In this document: piece by piece, positions 1 to 9,444 of the stretch | Layout of the letters: each line of letters begins with the position of its first letter | Numbering within the stretch: the stretch's first letter is position 1 | Origin: a virus | Lineage: Duplodnaviria; Heunggongvirae; Uroviricota; Caudoviricetes | IMG/VR virus record: IMGVR_UViG_3300035698_013589 | Location: 52,033 to 116,032 of that record | DNA: 64,000 nucleotides | Reading direction: 5' to 3' (one strand) | Made by a program: the position numbers and the translations under genes | Notes under the pieces: model-generated | What the model saw: only the letters and a program-made list of their open reading frames with translations | The model's database searches: none | What the model was told of the DNA's origin: nothing

Positions 1-1
1 T

Positions 2-352
2 ATGGAACATGTAACAACATTTAAAATCAAAGGAAAAGATGTTGCATCATTCTTGAAAGATGCACAAATGAACAAAGACACTGCTGTGTTATTTGAAACT
101 GTAGATGGTGGAGTTAAAGTATCAAACACAGGTAAATATAAGTTCACTTACAACTTTGATTCAGAAGGAACAAAAGGCGGAGAAAAGATTAAATTTGGTG
201 CACCATTACTTGGAGCATTAAATGGAATCAATACTGGGGAATTAGTATTTCATGCTAAAACAAACTATCCGCTTTTGATAGATGACAACACAGAACATTA
301 TGAGATAACATTCTTAGTTGCTCCATTAGTTGAAAACGAAACAACTGAGTGA
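2..352 (+). CDS. PCNA-like sliding clamp, C-terminal fragment (5' end lies outside window)
   Basis: ORF open to window edge; C-terminal tail ITFLVAPLVENE resembles PCNA C-terminus (YLAPKIEDE pattern); immediately upstream of clamp loader gene. Confidence 0.4.
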   Translation: MEHVTTFKIKGKDVASFLKDAQMNKDTAVLFETVDGGVKVSNTGKYKFTYNFDSEGTKGGEKIKFGAPLLGALNGINTGELVFHAKTNYPLLIDDNTEHYEITFLVAPLVENETTE

Positions 353-362
353 GGAATAAAGA

Positions 363-1259
363 ATGAACCCAATTGATAGTATGTGGACAGAGAAGTATAG
401 ACCTAAGAAGATTGATGAGATGGTTGGTAGTTTCAAAGCTAAAATCAAAAAGTATCTTGAAGAACCATCAAAGATGCAACACTTACTTCTACACTCTTCT
501 GTCCCAGGAACAGGAAAAACTACATTAGCGAAAGCTATAATCAATGAACTTGGCGCTGATAAATTAGTATTAAATTCTTCAGACGATAGAAAGATTGAAG
601 CTGTTAGAGAGAAAGTAAATTCTTTTGTTAAGACTAAATCATCAGTGGAAGGTATGAGAAGAATAGTTTTCATGGATGAAGCAGATGGATTGACAAATGC
701 AGCACAGGATGCTTTAAGAAATTTAATGGAAACATATTCTGAGAATGCTTTATTTATTTTGACATGTAATTATTTGTCTAAGATAAGTGATGCAATACAA
801 TCTCGATGTGCGAGTATTGAATTTACAACACCAGCAAAAACAGAAATCTTAACCTATCTTGAAATGATATGTAAGAATGAAAGCATGGAATACACAGAGG
901 ATGGATTGAAACGAATAATTGAAATCAACTATCCAAGTATAAGAAATTGTGTTCAGGTTTTACAATCATTAAACACAGAAGGTAAAGGTGCTACTGCTGA
1001 AACAGCAAAGAGTTCTGATGAAGAATACCAAATGTTGTGGGATAAGATTAATACCGACAAGGATTGGAAATTTGTCAAACAGCATCTGTTTGAGAATATT
1101 GTAGATATAAGACAACTTAATAAGTTCTTCTGGTTCAAAGCTGTTGAAGAAAGTTATGTTAAGATGATTCAGATAACTGCAGTAAACGAAGATAAGTTTA
1201 CAAGAGGTGGTGAAGCAATCATAGTGTTTGTATCATCATTAATTGATATGGCAAAGTAG
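363..1259 (+). CDS. RFC small-subunit-like clamp loader AAA+ ATPase
   Basis: N-terminal WTEKYRPKK box, Walker A VPGTGKTT, Walker B FMDEAD, sensor SRC motif; GAGG RBS upstream. Confidence 0.9.
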   Translation: MNPIDSMWTEKYRPKKIDEMVGSFKAKIKKYLEEPSKMQHLLLHSSVPGTGKTTLAKAIINELGADKLVLNSSDDRKIEAVREKVNSFVKTKSSVEGMRRIVFMDEADGLTNAAQDALRNLMETYSENALFILTCNYLSKISDAIQSRCASIEFTTPAKTEILTYLEMICKNESMEYTEDGLKRIIEINYPSIRNCVQVLQSLNTEGKGATAETAKSSDEEYQMLWDKINTDKDWKFVKQHLFENIVDIRQLNKFFWFKAVEESYVKMIQITAVNEDKFTRGGEAIIVFVSSLIDMAK

Positions 1260-1281
1260 TCATTAAAACTGGAGTTGAAAA

Positions 1282-1794
1282 ATGAATATATTCGAGATAT
1301 TGAAAAATCTTTACACAAACCCTAAAGCAGATTGGATTTTAAAGTTAGATGATAAATTTATTAATCCTGTAGTGATTCAGAGATTTTTAGTAATGAATAA
1401 ATCTTCAGCTAAGAAAACCTCTATCTTGAATAAATTTTCTTTTTCTTTAACACCGAAGATGTATTTAGCATCAGCTTGGTCTTTATTATTTTTTAATGGA
1501 AAAAAAGCACATAAAGCACCATACACTAAATACATCAAACAAAAGAAAGATGAACATAACTATAAACCATTGTTTGATAAAATCAAGAGAGAATTTGATA
1601 TGTCTGATAAAGATATTAAAATCATGATTCCATTCCTTGAAAAAGATATATTAGCAAACAAGGTTGATTGGTTTGCATACTATGGTATGGAAGAAAAATT
1701 CTGGATAGATAACGAAGGAACTTATGATAGTCTTAAACTATATGGGAGTCGTCCTAAGATTGAAGTCAAGAAGGGGTTAGATATGTGGTTCTAA
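1282..1794 (+). CDS. hypothetical protein (possible clamp-loader accessory subunit)
   Basis: ORF with RBS, directly follows RFC gene; no recognisable motif. Confidence 0.4.
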   Translation: MNIFEILKNLYTNPKADWILKLDDKFINPVVIQRFLVMNKSSAKKTSILNKFSFSLTPKMYLASAWSLLFFNGKKAHKAPYTKYIKQKKDEHNYKPLFDKIKREFDMSDKDIKIMIPFLEKDILANKVDWFAYYGMEEKFWIDNEGTYDSLKLYGSRPKIEVKKGLDMWF

Positions 1795-1795
1795 T

Positions 1796-2338
1796 ATGAA
1801 AACAGAGCATAAAGGTATAGAGATACCAGATTACTTGGTAGTCATGAAATGGCTTGAAGGTGGTGGTAAGTGTATGGCTGATTTGCATAAAGAGTTAGGC
1901 GTAACATACAAACATCTTCATGAACTCAAACACACCTTTTTGGCTCTTCAATGGATTACATTTAAAAAAGTAGATAGAAGACATAACCTTTATTTAACAA
2001 AGGAAGGGAAAGCTATTGTGAAAGCTTCCGACATTCTTCTTGATACGATGGGATTTAATATCCTAGAAATATTACGTTTAATGAAGAAATCAAAATTGAA
2101 GAAAGAAGAACCAGTGGATTTAGAACAACTTGAAAAAGAGATAGCTGAAGTTCCTTTCGATGAAGATTTTACTGATATAGAAACCGAACCTGAGCCAGAA
2201 CCTGAGCCAGAACCTGAGCCAGAACCTGAACCTGAACCATTGGTTATACCTGAACCAACAGAAGAAGATTTAATACCTTTTGATGATGATGAAGATGATA
2301 ATGAGTTCCTACCATTTGATGATGAGGATAAAGAATGA
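1796..2338 (+). CDS. putative winged-helix DNA-binding protein with acidic (EP)n repeat tail
   Basis: N-terminal helix-turn-wing-like segment (LHKELGVTYKHLHELKHTFLALQWI); 12-nt tandem repeats gaacctgagcca at ~2176-2235 encode EPEPEP; DE-rich C-terminus. Confidence 0.4.
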   Translation: MKTEHKGIEIPDYLVVMKWLEGGGKCMADLHKELGVTYKHLHELKHTFLALQWITFKKVDRRHNLYLTKEGKAIVKASDILLDTMGFNILEILRLMKKSKLKKEEPVDLEQLEKEIAEVPFDEDFTDIETEPEPEPEPEPEPEPEPEPLVIPEPTEEDLIPFDDDEDDNEFLPFDDEDKE

Positions 2339-2482
2339 TAACAATTAAGAAAGCATATTCAAATTTTTTTAAATGACATCTATGTAGGTGTCCGTGCATA
2401 TATAATTGAGTTATCTGATTTTGGTTATGCAGAAAAAGAAGAGATTGTAGCAAGAGATGCGGCATCGTTTTCGTATGTTCTT

Positions 2483-2929
2483 TTGACAGGAGAAGAACCA
2501 TTAAAACAAATGTCAGCAGTGGCTTTATTATGTAAAGAAATTCAGATCTTAAATCCTTATATTAAAATAGTAATTCATACAGATGGGATGACAAGGCCAG
2601 TTAATATGACTAATATTAAAGGTGCAGAGTTTATAGTTTTTCCAAAATTGAAAGAAACAGGATTAACATATGGAGAAAGAATCAACGAGAACGCTTTGAA
2701 ATGGTTAGGTAAATCTGGAGCCAAACTGGTTTTCAAAGTAACTGGTGAAGAAGATTATGAAGAAATAAATATAATATTGGCTGCTTTATTGATAAAAAAG
2801 AATCTGGTATATGTTGATATTAATAATGATAGGTTTGAAGAATTAGCATTCTTGGCTTGCAATCACGGTTTTAATTTGTTCATCTCATATGATGGAGTGT
2901 GGTTTGATGGCACAAAAGAAGAAGCATAA
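2483..2929 (+). CDS. hypothetical protein
   Basis: ORF in track, same-strand operon context. Confidence 0.4.
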   Translation: MTGEEPLKQMSAVALLCKEIQILNPYIKIVIHTDGMTRPVNMTNIKGAEFIVFPKLKETGLTYGERINENALKWLGKSGAKLVFKVTGEEDYEEINIILAALLIKKNLVYVDINNDRFEELAFLACNHGFNLFISYDGVWFDGTKEEA

Positions 2930-3458
2930 GGAAACCAAAAGTAAGTTAGATAAAGAAATACATAAATTGGTGTTAGCTCGTCGTGAGTTATATATTAAAG
3001 AAGACACACACAAAATATCAAAGAAGGAATATGCCAAACAAATAAAATTAGTTGACGATGAATGCAGAAGGTTAACACAAATCAAAATTAAACAAATGAC
3101 AAAAGAGTTTAAAGAACGAACAACCGAACAAGATAAAATGAAAAAAGATGTTATTAACAAAGAAGCTGAAGCAAGGCGAGAACGATTAAGTGAAGGTGCA
3201 TTAACTAGGAAACCAAGAACCGATACTTGCACAGCTTTGATATTAAAAGCATTGTCTCATCCGAAAATTGATAATGAATCAAAGGTTGCCGCTATAGTTA
3301 TGAAGTGGAAACCTGGAACTAATGAACAGAATGTTAGAAAGGAAACACAAAACATAATCGGTTATATCAAAAAGAAGAAACCACAAAGGTTTGCTTGTTA
3401 TGAATGGGATGAAGAAAATTATAAGGTGAGTAAAATATGTCAAACAAAACTATTATGA
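2889..3458 (+). CDS. hypothetical basic/charged coiled-coil protein
   Basis: K/E/R-rich ORF. Confidence 0.4.
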   Translation: MMECGLMAQKKKHKETKSKLDKEIHKLVLARRELYIKEDTHKISKKEYAKQIKLVDDECRRLTQIKIKQMTKEFKERTTEQDKMKKDVINKEAEARRERLSEGALTRKPRTDTCTALILKALSHPKIDNESKVAAIVMKWKPGTNEQNVRKETQNIIGYIKKKKPQRFACYEWDEENYKVSKICQTKLL

Positions 3459-3664
3459 ATAAGAAAGGTCAGTATTATCCAAAACCATCATATACGTCGG
3501 TACATCCAGTGTTAATACTTGGAATTATATTTTTTGTTATACCATTTTTTTTCCCTGTGATAAAATTTTATCCAGCACAATGGGTGAAGACTATATTTAC
3601 AACAGGGGGAATACTAACAATAATAATTGGTGGGGCATTATCAATATTTAAATCATCAAACTAG
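3437..3664 (+). CDS. small membrane protein
   Basis: two hydrophobic helices (LILGIIFFVIPFFF, GGILTIIIGGAL). Confidence 0.4.
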   Translation: MSNKTIMNKKGQYYPKPSYTSVHPVLILGIIFFVIPFFFPVIKFYPAQWVKTIFTTGGILTIIIGGALSIFKSSN

Positions 3665-3676
3665 GAGGAGATTAAT

Positions 3677-3919
3677 ATGAGAACAGAAGGTTTGCAAAGT
3701 TTAGAAGCAAGATATAAGAGATTCATTCGTGATATAGCATTAGTGTTTGTGTATGACGTAGTTGGTTTAGTTTTATTTGTATTAGCATTTATCACAGATT
3801 ATATGGAAGCATTCTTAATACTTGGAACATTCGCTGGAGTCTTTATTGGAATGGGATTCGGTCAAAAGCTTGTTATGTTATATAGAATTTTAAGGAGGAC
3901 AAAATGGAGAAAAGCGTAA
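3677..3919 (+). CDS. small membrane protein
   Basis: AGGAGG RBS (taggaggagattaatATG); two TM helices. Confidence 0.45.
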   Translation: MRTEGLQSLEARYKRFIRDIALVFVYDVVGLVLFVLAFITDYMEAFLILGTFAGVFIGMGFGQKLVMLYRILRRTKWRKA

Positions 3920-4129
3920 GGATAATTAAAGTAGTTACCAGAAACTTTGTTCTTGATTTCTTTGCTAATATTCAGAACATCTTTGGTTCTAATTTAACAT
4001 CATATGAGAAGATGGTTCAAAAAGCAATCACACAGATAGATGATGAACTAAAAGAAAAAGACATCACCCTACAATGGTATAGATATGAAATCACACAATT
4101 GACTAATGGTGCTGTAGCAGTGTTGTTGT

Positions 4130-4639
4130 ATGGAGATAAGAATGAAAGGGAGTAGGGTATTCTTTTTTGCTATAATAGTTCTAGCATTCATGGGATTGTA
4201 TAGTGGTAGCGAGATGTATAAACATGATGCTGAGAATGGTATCAGTCGAGACATATATAATTTAACTGAATCTAAAATGGTATGGAACTCATCTATATTC
4301 CCTATGGAAAGTTATAATGCTTCTATTCATAATGATAGTAATACTATAATGTATATTAGATTAAATAACATAATATATAAGATAGGAGATGCCATGGGGT
4401 TTTCTTTGTTTGAAGGAACTAAAATCTTTATGGAGATTGGGTATAACACTCAAGGCAAATACAATCTTGGGTTCTTTTTAGTATTAATCAAATTAGTTTT
4501 TTGGGCTGTAATTATAGGTGCAATGTTTTATCCTGCAATGTTTATTGGAATGGCTTGTTATGAGTTATTTAAATGGACAAGAAAGTTTATAAAATCAAGA
4601 AACTCTAAAGGAGAAGAGAATCAAAATGAAGACAAATAA
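4130..4639 (+). CDS. membrane protein
   Basis: N-terminal signal/TM and C-terminal TM segments. Confidence 0.4.
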   Translation: MEIRMKGSRVFFFAIIVLAFMGLYSGSEMYKHDAENGISRDIYNLTESKMVWNSSIFPMESYNASIHNDSNTIMYIRLNNIIYKIGDAMGFSLFEGTKIFMEIGYNTQGKYNLGFFLVLIKLVFWAVIIGAMFYPAMFIGMACYELFKWTRKFIKSRNSKGEENQNEDK

Positions 4640-6404
4640 AGGGTCAGTCTATATCCCACAAATGGACAAAGAAGAAGTATTAATATACGACATTGAGACA
4701 GCTGTAGTTGGACCAAAACCTGATGCAACTAAAGATAGACTTAAACTATTTGGGTTCTATTCATACAAGATAGGAAAGTTTGGTATCATTCCATTCACAG
4801 ATAAAGCATCAATTCAGAAGTTAATTGACAAACATAAGTTTATGGTTGGTTTTAACAACGAACAATATGATGACCCAATTCTGAAGAGGGAAGGAATATC
4901 CTTAGAATACAAAAGGATTGTAGACCTAAGAAAAATATTAAAACTTAGAGCAGGTGGAATGATTACTAAGAAAGGAATGCTTGGTAATGTTCTAATGAAA
5001 TATTCTCTGGATTACATTACAAGATTCTTAGATATTGTTGATGAGAACTCAGCTAAAGATGAGATTGATTATAACATATTTAAAAAAGATAGTTGGACTA
5101 AAGAAGAAGTTGCAACTATGAGAAAATATACTCAAAGAGATATTGAAGTAACAAAGAAACTATTTGAATGGGTAGAAGATTATTTTATCAGTTTCAAAGA
5201 TTTTGTTCCAAAGAAAGACGTTGATGGTAAATATTATCTAACAGATACTATTGCTAAGTTTGCTTACAAAGCCATTTGCCATGCGCTTGGTTGGGAGCCT
5301 GTTTATGATAGTGAGGGTTTCCAAAACACTAATCCTGAAGATAGAATCTCTGGTGGTTATGTAGCTTATCCTGCAGGTGAAAAGTTTGAAGGGGACATCT
5401 ATTGTTTAGATTTCAATTGTTTTCCTCCAAATACTAAAATACGAATGGCTGGAAAAGGTGGAGCTGATGGCCACTACCATGATAAAAATATTCAGAATAT
5501 TAAACCTGGCGATACAATAATAAACCAAGATGGTGTGCAGGTAGTTGGTGGTGTGCAGACACAAAATTATACTGGAGATTTGATAGTTATAGAATTAGAA
5601 AATGGTAGACAAATTAAGTGTACGCCAGACCATAAATTCCCAATAATTAGAGATGGGAAAGAGATGGTTGTTGAAGCACAAAACATAAGTGATACAGATG
5701 ATATGTTAACAACTAATTCAAAACATGGTAAACTAAATGGACATCATAAAGGAAAGATTCTAAAGATGTGTGAAGTATGTGGTTCAGAACATTCTGTGTT
5801 CCCATCACATGAACATATTAAAACTTGTTCAACAGAGTGTGCAAATGTATTAAGAGAATTAAATAGTCCAAAAACAAATCTTGGAAAGACTAAATACGAT
5901 ACACCACATCTTATGAGAATGTCTGAAGCGAGAACTGGTGTGCCTAGAACAGATGAACATAAAAATATAATTAGTAATGCTACAAAAGAAGCTATGAAAG
6001 ATGTCAACATGTCTGAAGTGAATAAACAAAGAGATATGTCATTCATGCAAACATCTGAATGGAGATTAAAAGTCGCTCAGTCAAAAATGAATAGTGTGAA
6101 GGCAGGAAAATTTAGATATAAAGATATAAATTTCAGGAGTAATTGGGAAGTTATTGTTGCAAAAAACCTAGACAAGAATAACATAGAGTGGAAATACGAA
6201 CCACAAGTGTTTAAGTTAGATGACGAAACATTCTATTTGCCAGATTTCTATATTCCTAAGTTCGATAAGTGGGTAGAAGTAAAAGGTTATATGTATGACC
6301 ATAGTAGAATAAAAATAGAAAAGTTTATGGAAACACATGAAAATTTTATATTGGTTAATGATTTGAATAGTGTAAAAGACGAGGATGTAAAATGGTTAAG
6401 ATAA
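4626..6404 (+). CDS. polB: Family B DNA polymerase, N-terminal part: exonuclease domain plus motif A half (DFN), fused to intein N-terminal region and endonuclease domain
   Basis: Exo I YDIET, Exo II VGFNNEQYDDPIL, Exo III YTQRDI, then YCLDFN / CFPPNTK (intein block A) and TPDHKF (block B); AGGAG RBS. Confidence 0.85.
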   Translation: MKTNKGSVYIPQMDKEEVLIYDIETAVVGPKPDATKDRLKLFGFYSYKIGKFGIIPFTDKASIQKLIDKHKFMVGFNNEQYDDPILKREGISLEYKRIVDLRKILKLRAGGMITKKGMLGNVLMKYSLDYITRFLDIVDENSAKDEIDYNIFKKDSWTKEEVATMRKYTQRDIEVTKKLFEWVEDYFISFKDFVPKKDVDGKYYLTDTIAKFAYKAICHALGWEPVYDSEGFQNTNPEDRISGGYVAYPAGEKFEGDIYCLDFNCFPPNTKIRMAGKGGADGHYHDKNIQNIKPGDTIINQDGVQVVGGVQTQNYTGDLIVIELENGRQIKCTPDHKFPIIRDGKEMVVEAQNISDTDDMLTTNSKHGKLNGHHKGKILKMCEVCGSEHSVFPSHEHIKTCSTECANVLRELNSPKTNLGKTKYDTPHLMRMSEARTGVPRTDEHKNIISNATKEAMKDVNMSEVNKQRDMSFMQTSEWRLKVAQSKMNSVKAGKFRYKDINFRSNWEVIVAKNLDKNNIEWKYEPQVFKLDDETFYLPDFYIPKFDKWVEVKGYMYDHSRIKIEKFMETHENFILVNDLNSVKDEDVKWLR

Positions 6405-6505
6405 ATAAAATAACACGGGAACCATATAATGGATTAGTGTATGATTTATCTTTAAAGAATGTAGCATCCCCATATTTTTATGCTAATAGAATACTGACAC
6501 ACAAT
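5418..6505 (+). mobile_element. intein in polB motif A (Hint blocks A,B,F,G) carrying a non-LAGLIDADG endonuclease region (CxxC...HxH, two NUMOD3-like repeats, PD-(D/E)xK-like LPDFYIP...WVEVKG)
   Basis: insertion exactly between DFN and SLYP of polymerase motif A; N-terminal Cys, C-terminal HN followed by Ser; length 1088 nt is not a multiple of 3 (frame change near 6392-6404). Confidence 0.75.
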
Positions 6506-7771
6506 AGTCTTTATCCACACATAATGATTCAATGTAATCTTTATTCAAGAAATAAGAAGGTGGCAGATGGATGGCATGGAAGTGACATGTGGAAAGTTGA
6601 AGGGTTCTATAATGATGAAAAACTAAGCCCTGTTTGTAAACTTATGAGAGCATGGTATCATCTAAGATTAAAATATAAAAGAAAATTTGTTACTGGTGAA
6701 GGTAAAGTTGTCAAGATGCTTGATGAAAAGAAAGGAACATCAGCTATGGATTATGTTGGAAAAGAATATCATAGAGTTGTTCAAAATTCAGAAGGGCAGA
6801 TTAAACTTGAGCTTGCAATGATGACTGAAGAGTCAGCAAAGGAATATGTTGAACTTGCAAAAGAAGGTGTGGACAGAAGAGAATACACAATCAAGATTAT
6901 CATTAATACAATTTATGGTTTATTGAATAATGCATACTACAAACTTGTATATGATTTAATGGCTGGTGGAGATTGCACAAGAATAGGAAGACAATGGACT
7001 AAGTATGCTCGTAAGATATTCAAAGAAGCTGGTTATAAAATTGTATATACCGATACAGATTCATGGTATGTTATTGACCATTTGAATGATAAAAAGAAAC
7101 TGCTTGAAGTTAATAAGCAAGTGATTGATAAGATAAAAGCCACTGTTCCGTTTCCGCAATTAACCTTTGATGCAGGTATAGATGATGAGATTAAATACAT
7201 GTTCTTCTTTAAAGGAACAAAGAATGAGGAAAAAGAAACTGATAGTGAGATGGACTCAGAGGATTTCTTGAACAAACCATTAGGACTGATGAAGAAAAAC
7301 TATATCTATGTCACTAAAGAAAATAAGGTTAAGATAAAGAACTTAGGAATCAAGAAGAAAAATATAAGTGCTTTATCAAAAGAAATCTTTTGGAATCATT
7401 TAGTTCCTGTTATTAAATCAGAAGGGCGAGTTAAGTTTAGTGCTGTTGAGATTGAAAACCTTATGCGTAGATTGTTGAAAGATAACATTGAACTATCATA
7501 CATGAGAAAAGAAGTGTCTCCTATATCAGCATATTCTAAATCAATCAATGGCATCCAAGCACAAATATCTAAAGCATATGGACCAGGAATACATTTCCTT
7601 ATACCAAACAAAAGAAACATTGGTGTTGGGAAGAAAGTTAAATATTGTAATGTTGATGAGTTCCAGAAATATAAGATGGAGATTTCTGATATAGATTTCT
7701 CAAACTTCTGGAAAGAACTTAACTATTTTGTCAAAGCAAGGAAACAACCAAACTTATTTGATTGGAATTAA
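6392..7771 (+). CDS. polB: Family B DNA polymerase, C-terminal part: 38-aa intein C-terminal segment (blocks F,G ...ILTHN) followed by SLYPHIM (motif A), KIIINTIYG (motif B), YTDTDS (motif C)
   Basis: starts 13 nt before stop of previous ORF in another frame; GAGGA RBS-like sequence upstream of ATG. Confidence 0.85.
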   Translation: MVKINKITREPYNGLVYDLSLKNVASPYFYANRILTHNSLYPHIMIQCNLYSRNKKVADGWHGSDMWKVEGFYNDEKLSPVCKLMRAWYHLRLKYKRKFVTGEGKVVKMLDEKKGTSAMDYVGKEYHRVVQNSEGQIKLELAMMTEESAKEYVELAKEGVDRREYTIKIIINTIYGLLNNAYYKLVYDLMAGGDCTRIGRQWTKYARKIFKEAGYKIVYTDTDSWYVIDHLNDKKKLLEVNKQVIDKIKATVPFPQLTFDAGIDDEIKYMFFFKGTKNEEKETDSEMDSEDFLNKPLGLMKKNYIYVTKENKVKIKNLGIKKKNISALSKEIFWNHLVPVIKSEGRVKFSAVEIENLMRRLLKDNIELSYMRKEVSPISAYSKSINGIQAQISKAYGPGIHFLIPNKRNIGVGKKVKYCNVDEFQKYKMEISDIDFSNFWKELNYFVKARKQPNLFDWN

Positions 7772-7898
7772 ACATGGGATATAAAACAGAACGAGAACAA
7801 ACACAAAGAACTATAAGTGATGTTGTAGATAAAGATATAGTTAAATGGAATAAAGAACATCCTGGTGTGATACGAACAGGAAAATTTGAGTTACCAAG

Positions 7899-8399
7899 AT
7901 GGATGAGACCAGAAAAACCAAATACTACATCGGAATAGATAATGGTAATGCGGGAGGCATTGTTGTTTTAGATAGACAGCAGAATATTGTAGAGAAGATA
8001 ATCATGCCTGTGCTTGGAAAAACTAAGAAGGAATATGATATTCAAATCATATATGCATTCCTTAGTAAGTATACTAATTCTTTTGCAATACTGGAGAAAG
8101 CCCAACCACAATTCAGAGATGGTCGTAAACAGGCATTTAAGACAGGATACGGCTACGGAGTTATGCAGGGCATACTAACAGCCCTAAAGATTTCTTTTCA
8201 AGTAGCAGCCCCTAAAACGTGGCAGAGTAAAGTGTTCAAAGGACTAGAAGCTGATGATACTAAGACAGCTAGTATATTGTTCTGCAAAAGGAAATGGCCA
8301 GAGGAAGATTGGACAGCTACAGAAAGAAGCCAGAAAGCACATGATGGTATGACGGATGGTGCATGCATGGCTTATTATGGAGTGATTACTAATGTATGA
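7899..8399 (+). CDS. RuvC-like Holliday junction resolvase
   Basis: YYIGIDNGNAGG (first catalytic Asp), EKAQP (Glu), HDGMTDGAC (C-terminal acidic residues). Confidence 0.7.
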   Translation: MDETRKTKYYIGIDNGNAGGIVVLDRQQNIVEKIIMPVLGKTKKEYDIQIIYAFLSKYTNSFAILEKAQPQFRDGRKQAFKTGYGYGVMQGILTALKISFQVAAPKTWQSKVFKGLEADDTKTASILFCKRKWPEEDWTATERSQKAHDGMTDGACMAYYGVITNV

Positions 8400-9024
8400 G
8401 AAGATGATTATAATAATACTTGTATTGTTATTTTCATTGGGAGCTGTAGCAGGAGAAGAATATAAGTCTGGTGGTGTTGTCACTTTATATGAAATAGAAC
8501 AATGCCAAGGTCCAGTTAAAATAAAAGCCACATCTGAAGCAGGAATTAAAGCAAGTGAGATGCGTATTGAGAAATGTAAACTAGAAAACAATATATGGGA
8601 ATGTTCTTGTGGTGGTGGTTTTTTCAATGTTAAATTATTAACTCCAGGAGATACTAAAAACATATATGATTTCACAATTCAATATTACACACAATATGAA
8701 ACAGCAACAGTTGTTGGAAATGAAACACCATCAATTGATGAGCTTCAACGAGACAATTATTTAAAAACAGAGAAGATGCTTAATGTAATAATACAACCAG
8801 GGAAACCGATTAAACGAATGTTCAAGATTGATATGGAAACAAAAAATGCAGTTCTCTTTTCAATATTATTGTTTATATTTATTATAGGGATTGTGTTTTT
8901 TAAAGGAAAGAAAATGTTTGGTGGCAGTGCCAAAAAAAATAGTAATGATGTGTTAAGTTATAAGGTTACAAGAGACAAAGAATTAGACGACGATGTTAAC
9001 GAGATATTAAATCAGATAAAATAG
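8392..9024 (+). CDS. secreted/membrane-anchored Cys-containing protein
   Basis: N-terminal signal peptide, C-terminal TM (LFSILLFIFIIGIVFF). Confidence 0.45.
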   Translation: MYEKMIIIILVLLFSLGAVAGEEYKSGGVVTLYEIEQCQGPVKIKATSEAGIKASEMRIEKCKLENNIWECSCGGGFFNVKLLTPGDTKNIYDFTIQYYTQYETATVVGNETPSIDELQRDNYLKTEKMLNVIIQPGKPIKRMFKIDMETKNAVLFSILLFIFIIGIVFFKGKKMFGGSAKKNSNDVLSYKVTRDKELDDDVNEILNQIK

Positions 9025-9060
9025 CAACATTTATATACTACTAATCATTATAATATAGAA
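9022..9060 (+). promoter_or_regulatory. BRE/TATA-type promoter copy (gcaaCATTTATATActactaatcattataatatag)
   Basis: matches recurring promoter consensus seen before at least 12 genes in window. Confidence 0.5.
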
Positions 9061-9075
9061 GATGGGTGATAAAAA

Positions 9076-9444
9076 ATGAGCAAGGATTCAGGCGTAGATA
9101 TACTTTTAGAAGACTTAGATGAGAATGATATTGGTTCTATTTTAACAGTATACAATGATGTTAATCTTGTTAAGAAAGCAATTGAGGAACAAATCAACAT
9201 GCTTAGAGATAAGTTAAAAGTTCAATTGAAAGAACGAAAATGGGATTCATACATGGATGAGGGTAGTAAAATTTCTGTGTCGATAACCACACAACAACGG
9301 GAAAGTGTAAACAAGAAAGCACTGAAAATGTTATTGAACGATGAGCAATATGCTCAGGTAATAACAAAAACATCCTTTGAAAAGATGTTGATAATTAACC
9401 CAAAAGATAGGGAGAGGTTGAAACAATATGGCAACAAAAAATAA
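9076..9444 (+). CDS. hypothetical protein
   Basis: ORF downstream of promoter copy, GGGTG RBS. Confidence 0.45.
   Translation: MSKDSGVDILLEDLDENDIGSILTVYNDVNLVKKAIEEQINMLRDKLKVQLKERKWDSYMDEGSKISVSITTQQRESVNKKALKMLLNDEQYAQVITKTSFEKMLIINPKDRERLKQYGNKK

Noticed and set aside
326-673. Minus-strand ORFs overlapping plus-strand genes (e.g. 326-673, 953-1138, 2244-2501, 8244-8675, 9749-10216, 9918-10157, 31059-31376, 61473-61988)
   Set aside because: They lie antisense to well-supported plus-strand genes such as RFC, RuvC, helicase and the QA-repeat protein. They have low-complexity or repeat-derived composition and no RBS. They are most likely spurious shadow ORFs.
7775-7927. 50-aa ORF between polB and the resolvase gene
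   Set aside because: It is plausible but overlaps the resolvase start by 29 nt. It has no recognisable motif, so I did not list it as a feature.
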